From Prorocentrum cordatum (Eukaryota), in NCBI GenBank assembly GCA_963575745.1, contig CAUYUJ010000118.1, positions 62,001 to 117,991 on the forward strand: 55,991 nucleotides of DNA, read 5' to 3'. The position numbers and the translations under genes are program-made. The notes under the pieces are model-generated. The model had not been told where the DNA came from. It made no database searches and was given only the letters and a program-made list of their open reading frames with translations. Below are positions 48,687-55,991 of the stretch, one piece after another. Each line of letters starts with the position of its first letter. Within the stretch, counting starts at the first letter, position 1.

Positions 48687-48760
48687 TTTTTGCGGTTTGC
48701 GGTCCGCCACTAGAATCCGAATCCGAATCGGCGGAGCAGTGCAACTGAGCCCCCACCATC

Positions 48761-51700
48761 TTAGGTAGGTCGTAACAGAGCGCACGCCACCTTAGCAGCA
48801 GCTCTCGTCAGGGCAGCGCAGGCAGCTAGTTCACAGCAGGTTACCGTGCTACCAGGAGGCAAGCTCATCGCCTCCTCGGCCACATCGTGCCAATGGAAGC
48901 TGTGCGAGCTGGCGCAGGAGGAAGAGGAGGAGGAGGAGGAGGAGGAGGAGGAGATGGGAAAATCAACCTGCACGCTGAACCCCTACCTACAACGCCAATC
49001 TGAAGCCACCACCCACCTCCACATCCTTCATTACTGACACCCCCATCGAATGCACCACGGAGAGCAGTCTTACGAGTACTGAGGAACTTATCATATGCAA
49101 ACCAGCGAGTAATAGTTTGGCCACCTCTGCCTCCCACGACAATTTATCCGCACGCTCATTACCCTCACGAAAGAAATGCTTATACAGATTCTGTCCCGAT
49201 GCAGGTGAGGTCAGTCCCCATCCAGACAGCATCGATACCGTATTTTGTAGTGTTCCCACCAGTCGTACATACTGCTTGTTGCGAATCTGCCACTCACCAC
49301 ACATCCAGGTTACAACAGTCTTACTATCTCCCAAGATCTCCATCCCAAGACGCTCAATATTCTCACACCTCCACTCCGTTTCATTCTCAAAATTAGCGGC
49401 AATACGTTTGCTCATCCTCTCATTCATCTCACTCTCCCCCTCCTCCTCTGCCTTCACATGTCTCACACCAGGCGGCCTGGGTAGAACAAACAAGTCGAAC
49501 AAGTGTTGCATACCAATCACAGTCAGCAAATGCTTGCAGTATTTCTCACGGGACCCAGCGGAACTGTCGAATGAGAGGTACCACTCACACCCAAAGAGAT
49601 CGCACAAGCACCAGTCCCACGCAGTATGTCCACGGGGGCGGCCGCCTATGTTCATGCGTGTCAGCTGCTTCCTATCTTTTACAGGCATTGCTAAAATACA
49701 TGTGTCACGATGTTCCGTCCACTTCCCCCTTCCATGTAACATGGCCAGCCTAGATATCATCCATTCACGTGACATGTCCGACTCCTCAGGTATGGCAGGC
49801 TGATCATCTGGTGTACGCCGGCGACAGCCACTCGACATCTGGGATATCTGAGATACATGATATGTTTGAGAAGTCGCCGCCGCCGCCATCGCCCGAGTTT
49901 TCCTCTGACGCCGATTTGGTACCGTCTCTCCCTCCTCCTCCTCCGTGTGTGTTGTGTATCTCCTCATACGAATACTTGCAGCAACTGAGACATCCTTAGC
50001 CCAATCCCAACAACGAAATATCCATATCTGCACCGCACTTCGGAATCCAAGTCCAGCAAAACTCTGTCGTCCCGCTTTGTATCGCCTACGTTGAAACTCA
50101 GACCAGCCTTCAGTTCTCCGCTTGCGTATACCTGACATTATAGCTAGAAATCTGCCTTCAAAATAGTGAACAGCAGCAATGGTAGAATAGTCGGGCGTTC
50201 TGCCCTCACAGTTGAATAATAATGCAGCAATCACTTTAGCTTGATAGCGAGTAAATCTTTCAGCCAAGTCAATCCCAGAACAGCGGTAATACGCGATTTC
50301 CCAAAGAACATCCTCTGGGCTTTCTGGAGCATGGCCTCTGAGTCCGAGTGGTCCTTCCAGGTCTCCTCCAGAGTGGCTCCCAGGATCTCAAACGCTTGAA
50401 CACGCGGTAGGACCACTTCTCGGGTCCCAAGAGCGGCGTCACTAGGCGGCACCAGCACACGGATATCCTGCTCAGGGGACGGCGGGATGCCAGGCGGCGC
50501 ACCAAAGTAAATATACATCAAAGATTTCGGCTTCCAGGTCATTCCTGCATTCATCAGGGGGATACTCATGTCACGCACCATCAACTCAAGGTCAGTGCGG
50601 GTTTTCGCATACAACAAAAAATTATCTGCCCAGAAACTGTGGGTCATACGCTCACCATTGAACATGCGCTCATCATTTTCCAATTTGATGCCGTACTGCG
50701 TTTCTTGCCTCCATCTGTCGATAACATCTCTCCAGAGTACAATAGAAACTGCCAGAAAAATCATAGGTCCCTCTACTCCCCCCGTTCGAATAGATTTGTC
50801 CCAATAGACCGCTGACGATGCCTCGATGCCCTCGAAGCTGGCCACGCACTGATTATCCATCATGGGTTCAATCAACGCCACAATGAGATCAGCAGGTATG
50901 TCAAGAGCACGAAGACAGCGCATGGCGAGGCACGGAGTAACATTATCGAAAGCTTGTAAAATATCAAGGTTGGCAAGCCACAAACTGTCTCCTTTGCCCC
51001 AGACAGCGGAGTGCTGGCTGAGCCTCTTGGCAACGCTGGTGATTTCCGATGTTTTGCGTCCCGATCTGAATCCGTACAGGCATACATAGTGTCGGTGCTC
51101 CTCAATCCTCTTCTCAATCAACATCACAATACATGTAATGTACCATTTCATAAGACACGACTGTAGACATAGCATACGTGTATCTGTCAAATGTTGTATG
51201 TCCATTTCTTTTGGCATGAGTGTGGCAGCTAGTTGACGCCAACTGTCGGGACAACATAACCTTCTGGAATACACACCTTGGAAGCTCACCAGAACACGTC
51301 GCACAGATGCCCACGAGAGCTGTTTCAACATCGTGACAGTCACGTTGTCGGGACCTGGGGCCTTGCCCGTGGACAGCTTCGCCCTCGCCCGCAGCAGGAG
51401 CGACATCGAGAACACCTCTGAGGATCCGCTTCCCGAACATAGACCACGCAGCGACTGAAGCTCACGCAGGGTCACCTCTCTGGCCTCGGGGTCCTCCACC
51501 TTAGACTTCATGTGCCCCAATATCTCGTCCCCCCACTCCTCGCGGTTCTGAGACTCCATCCCGTTGGCAAGGATCAACGTCTCCGGCTTGGCCCTCCTCC
51601 TCCTCCTCGTGTTCATTTCCGTCCTCCACCTCTGTACTCTTGCCTCTAGCCTCCTTCTTTCTCTCCTCACAATCTTTGAGCACCGTTTAGCCTCCTCTCT

Positions 51701-52938
51701 ATCCCCCCGACGAAGAGCTTCACGTTTACTTGCCTGGGCGGCCCAGTGGATCTCGGATTTCTTTGGCGCATTATTCCTGGGATTGATATCTTTCTGGGGG
51801 GTCTCCTCGGCGGCCTTTATGAGGTCAGGTCCCAGCGTATCCAACATCTCCTGTCGATCCTCTGGGTCAGCATTTTCCTGGCACAGAGCACGGTAACGAC
51901 TGCCCCGATCGTCCATGTTCTTCGCAAACTCCAGCTGTGACACCGGTTGCAAGTGATGAATTTTCGAGCAGGCTGGGTCCGTCTCTTCGCAGACGGTGCA
52001 CAAGACAAGCGAACAACTATGCAGGCGTGGTCAGACAGCGCACGCTCGTATCTGCTGCAAGGGTGCTCCGTCCAGGCGTGGCCGACTTCCGAAGGCAGCA
52101 TCCAGCCAACTGTGAGCTCCTGCCTGTGTAAACGACGGCTGACCCCAACATAGTCGAGCACCTTCTCCACCCCCGTACCTGATTTGAAAGTAACCCTCCT
52201 CTGCCCGAATGTGTTCTCCATCCTGATGCCCCAGAGCCCGCAGAAGTCCAGTAGGGCCCTCCTCATCGATTGCAACCTAGACGCCCGTCGAATTTCGAAG
52301 CCCGAGACAAGCCTATGAGGTCTGGCTTTGCGTGCACCACGTTTTGTTAGAGTCATATACGGATTACCGTCATCCGCTCCCTCCTCCATCCCAGTATCAA
52401 TCTCCGTAGACCCCCCAGCAATCCCAGACGCCTCCAGAAGCCCTGATCCAGTAACTCTAAAGCCGTTGACCTCCGAATCTGGCTCGAGTTCGACGTTAGC
52501 ATCTGTCAAGAAGACCAGGTCCTGCGGCTGCTTCGGGAACTTAGACCTATGTGTGCGAAGCACTCGGGATATATCAAACAAAATCTGTTCATACACATCA
52601 TGCTCATACTGTTCTTCCGTAAGGGCATTGATACTCTCATGTGGCATATATGCAACAATAACCGTAACACTAGAACAACTACAAATGACAAAACCTTTGC
52701 CACGATATGTGGCTCTGAGCGAGTCTCTCCAAGACTTAGACATAATCACCGCAGCCTTCCGACAAGTACTCCGAAAAATTGTGTAACCTCGCATGCTGAG
52801 ATCACGAACTGAAAGGAACTGACACTCGCACAACCCCGCGAGTCCCACATCTAAACGACGTAGTGAAATAATTATGTCATGGCCGTTCTCTGCACCTGCC
52901 CGACGCACATTCCATGACGCAATGGTGTCGTGGCACCT
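48761..52938 (-). CDS. ORF2 of element 4: APE-RT-permuted RNase H, broken by four single-base frameshifts
   Basis: SWNV, LCE, AYMP, TDAN, LDY, SDH; APGPDNV, LDILQAFD, IRTGGVEGP, WADN; GDS, HFFREGNERAD, FDGG, TCCEL, spread over track ORFs 51817..52908, 50231..52003, 48987..50267, 48865..49137 and 48761..48973. Confidence 0.88.
48916..48953. repeat. (GAG)n microsatellite within the RNase H coding region of element 4
   Basis: About 12 GAG units with one GAA interruption. Confidence 0.85.
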
Positions 52939-53981
52939 CTAGTTCGTACTGGAAATCCTCGCTCGCAACTCATCAATGTTGATCCCTGGCTCAAGCTGAT
53001 TCATTGCACGAGTGATCTCCCAGCCATTCTGCAGAGAGAACTTTGCCACAATCTTCCCTGGAGGTGGTAAGTGGTCACTGGAGCCCCACATGAACGTAAT
53101 CGGTGGTCCCGTCTCAGCCCTGAGATTCGAATGATGCTTCTTGAAACTCTTGAACTTGGCCTGAAAGATCCCAGCGGCATCCAGATGGGGCTTCTTCCAG
53201 GGGGGGGCCTCCACGTGTACCTTGAGGGCCCTGGGAGCGTGCTGGAGTTTGTTGTCGGCGATCGCGGCAACGAGTCGACGACGAAGATCCCACAGCTGGT
53301 CACTGGTAACCCCATTCTGGAAATAGAGCCGAGCACGCGAATACCCCCACGCCTCTCTACCTGTGAACCTCTTGGATTGGTTCAGGTCCAGAAACTCCTT
53401 CACACCACTGAGCCATTCTCCAGCCAGGACCTCATTCAGCAGTGAATTCAACGCCTGCTGCGATAGCATCTCCTCCTGACGCTTCTCTGCATCTCTCCAG
53501 TCCGTCACCCATCCCTTGAGCTCGACGATCGATGGGGTGAAATTCTGCACTGACTGCCGAGTTTCCGCCGAGGACGCTGTCGTAGAGGTGCCTGCTCTGG
53601 GGGCCCCACCTGCAGGAGCCTGCTGGAGCTGGATTATCCGGAGCCTCTGATCCTCAACCTTCTTAGTAATAGCATCTATGTCCGTCATCGCCTGCTGTAC
53701 ATTTTTCTCCACCGAATCAACACGAGCATTGAGCTGGGTGCCGAGATCCGTGATGCTTCGATGTGTTGATTGGAAGCCCTCCGTCATCTTACCTCCCAGA
53801 GATGCAACAAGCGTCGTGATCTTGTCCATCCCCTTTGCCATGGCCTCCTCGAGCCTTCAACCGTCTGAAGTTTGACCCGTTTTCCCTCTGGGACCTCCTC
53901 CTCCTTGGCTCCTGGAACGCGCATATCAGTGGCGTCCATAGCGAAAACCTCGGGGACCGCAGCAGCTGATGAGGCAGCCAT
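52939..53981 (-). CDS. ORF1 of element 4 (one frameshift near 53850; frame open upstream to the element 5' end)
   Basis: VELKGW, PWKKPH, AETGPP and NGW motifs match ORF1 of element 2; first ATG at 53981. Confidence 0.82.
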
Positions 53982-54486
53982 CTTGCCGTCTGAGATATTA
54001 CAAGGGATATTCCACTTCGCACAGAACGATCGATCTTCTCGAGTACGTTTGAGATGTGCACTCAACTGAGGAAAGTTATATGGGGCAACAGGATGGTGAG
54101 GTAAAGTGGGAGAGAGATCAGGTGGCCCAGATGGTATGTCGACTAGAGAATCCTTATCGTCGTGTCGAGCTCTACCAACCTTTCTGGCAAGATACTCCCA
54201 CTCCCAATGTCCGAAGTTGGCTCCCCAGCGGTCCAAATCGATCGATTGACTCTGGCTCGTCCCGTCCAGCTCGACGCGGCAAAATGCCGCAAACAAGTGC
54301 AGGCGGCCTGCTCGCAAACAAGTGCAAACAATGCCGCAAACAAGTGCAGGCGTCGCCGAAGTGGCCCGATCGCCACGCGCCCCCGCGCGGCGGGCCAGGG
54401 GCAGGCTGCCTGACTGCACGATGCAGCTCGAGTGAGCTCCCCGACGGGACAAGGCCGAGGGAGAGCGGGAGGTAAACTCCGCTTCC

Positions 54487-55991
54487 TCAACCTTTCTTAC
54501 CGCCGGGGGACTCGTAGAGCTTCCTGACAATATATAATTTGAAATAGAATTTCAGAGAACGACTAGTTTTCCAGCCCAAGCGATTCTAGACCTCTCAAGA
54601 TGACTCTAACAAAACAAACGAAGAGTTTTCTAATCGAGCTCGAGTATGAAACCGAGTTCAGTGAATGCCACAGGCAGACGCGTCTAATGTCTGCGGATCG
54701 ATTCCTGTGATTACCAGCTCTGCAACCCCCCATACAGCCTGAGTTAAGAGCAGAAAACCGAGAGCACCTCTCAGGATGACTCGAATAATACAACAGTTTC
54801 GCGGATCTCGTTCGAGCAGCAGACCGAGTTCCGACTCTCGGTTCGACGAACGGACGCGCCTGATGACTCGAAACCGATTTCTGTCACCAGCAGCACCTCT
54901 GACACACAAATCCAAGCCCGAGCCTGGGCGCGACACACGGAGATACAAACAAACGCATACAAATAAGTACGAAAAACCGAGAGCGTCTGCTACAATGAGT
55001 CGAATAATACGAATAGGTTTGCGACCCTAGCCCGGCTAGCAGACCGAGTTCAGGCCTCTGGATCCAACAGACAAACGCGCCTGATCATTCTGAATGCATT
55101 AGCTGTGCTCACCAGCTCTGGGGTTGTTCTGAAGCTCAAATTATCTTGAGAAAACCGACAGCGCGTATTAAGATGACTCGAAACGGCCGTTCCCGCCTGC
55201 CTGCTTTTTGGCCTTCAAAGTTACCCGATCGAGCCGAGATAAAGATGGCGAGCGAATAAGACCGAATATCATGGGAGAAACTAGAGCTCTAACGAATGTT
55301 CAATTTTTGAGAAAAAAATTTCAACCGACCAAAAGTCACCAAAAGGTCCGTCGAGATTTTTCTTGCCCACTAGCTCTCCAGCTCCCCGGAATTACTCTTA
55401 AGCTTCCAGCAATAACTGGGAACCGGCGGTAAACCGTCAACGAGGTAACCGCCGGAGCCCTGGTGGAGCGCTCTGCTTGCACGACGCTCGTCAGTGCATA
55501 TTCAGGGAGATTCTGGAGCGAAACCAAAAAACATCGAAAAACACGTTTTGCATATGTTTATCCAAAGATGGTTTCGCCAAGTGTTTTGATAATAATACTG
55601 CGCCTACAGACCTCAGAACTTATTGGCGAACGCGACAAGACCCACTACAGGTGCTGAAAACTGCGAACCGGCGGTAAACCGTCAACCAACTTACCGCCGG
55701 CACATCGTAGAGTTCTCTTCTTACACAGCGTTCTCCGAACACGTGAAGGAAGCTTCTGAAGCGAGAGCCGAAAAATTCGAGAAATAAGGATGTTTCGGTT
55801 TGCATACAGTGGGTTCCTCCAAGTGTTTTCATGCCGGGTCGGCCAACTAGCTCCACCCCGCGCCCGAATTCCTCTAGCTCATCGATGCCGAAGAGCTCTA
55901 CGAGGTACTATGGGCGCCGGCGGTAAACCGTCAACCTGGTTACCGCCGGGGACCTCGTAGAGCTCCTAGCCCCGTGTCATAAGTCCACGCG
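54487..55991 (-). repeat. Nested mosaic of Helitron2/HINE-like elements
   Basis: Remainder of the split hairpin at 54487-54522; further hairpins near 55424, 55668 and 55917. Confidence 0.8.

Larger units (their letters stand above)
48687..54486 (-). mobile_element. Full-length non-LTR retrotransposon 4 at the hairpin target site
   Basis: Duplication (T)CAACCTTTCTT at 48675-48686 and 54487-54498; tail TTTTTGCGGTTTGCGG; removal restores the common hairpin. Confidence 0.95.

Noticed and set aside
218..55949. Recurrent palindromic ~35-bp motif as a CRISPR array or integron attC sites
   Set aside because: Spacing is hundreds to thousands of bases, the intervening DNA is itself repetitive and non-coding, there is no cas or integrase gene, and the motif behaves as an element terminus.
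1..55991. rRNA, tRNA, snRNA, spliced-leader or telomeric repeats as the retroelement target
   Set aside because: None recognised by eye; an Rfam scan would be needed to exclude them formally.

Overview
Repeat-only eukaryotic window with no recognisable host gene; the taxon cannot be determined from the sequence. About two thirds is a nested mosaic of short non-autonomous elements with Helitron2/Helentron (HINE/DINE-1-like) architecture. On the minus strand each starts TA, has asymmetric 14-15 bp sub-terminal inverted repeats and a 10-bp covarying 3' stem-loop (roughly 40 copies), ends CCAG before a host T, and makes no target duplication. Some carry internal ~177-bp repeats, and there is a 14-copy ~352-bp head-to-tail array. 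Four mutually divergent non-LTR retrotransposons are inserted into this mosaic, all on the minus strand: three full-length (249-6372, 15929-21298, 48687-54486) and one 5'-truncated (31809-33808). Three sit at the same nucleotide of the host 3' stem-loop. All four have a reverse transcriptase with WADN in place of YADD and a C-terminal RNase H whose halves are in swapped order (circular permutation). In the three full-length copies, ORF2 (APE endonuclease-RT-RNase H) lies in frame directly behind the ORF1 stop codon with no ATG, suggesting readthrough. This combination is the candidate undescribed system. Its novelty needs database checks that I could not run, and all domain calls rest on motif reading by eye.
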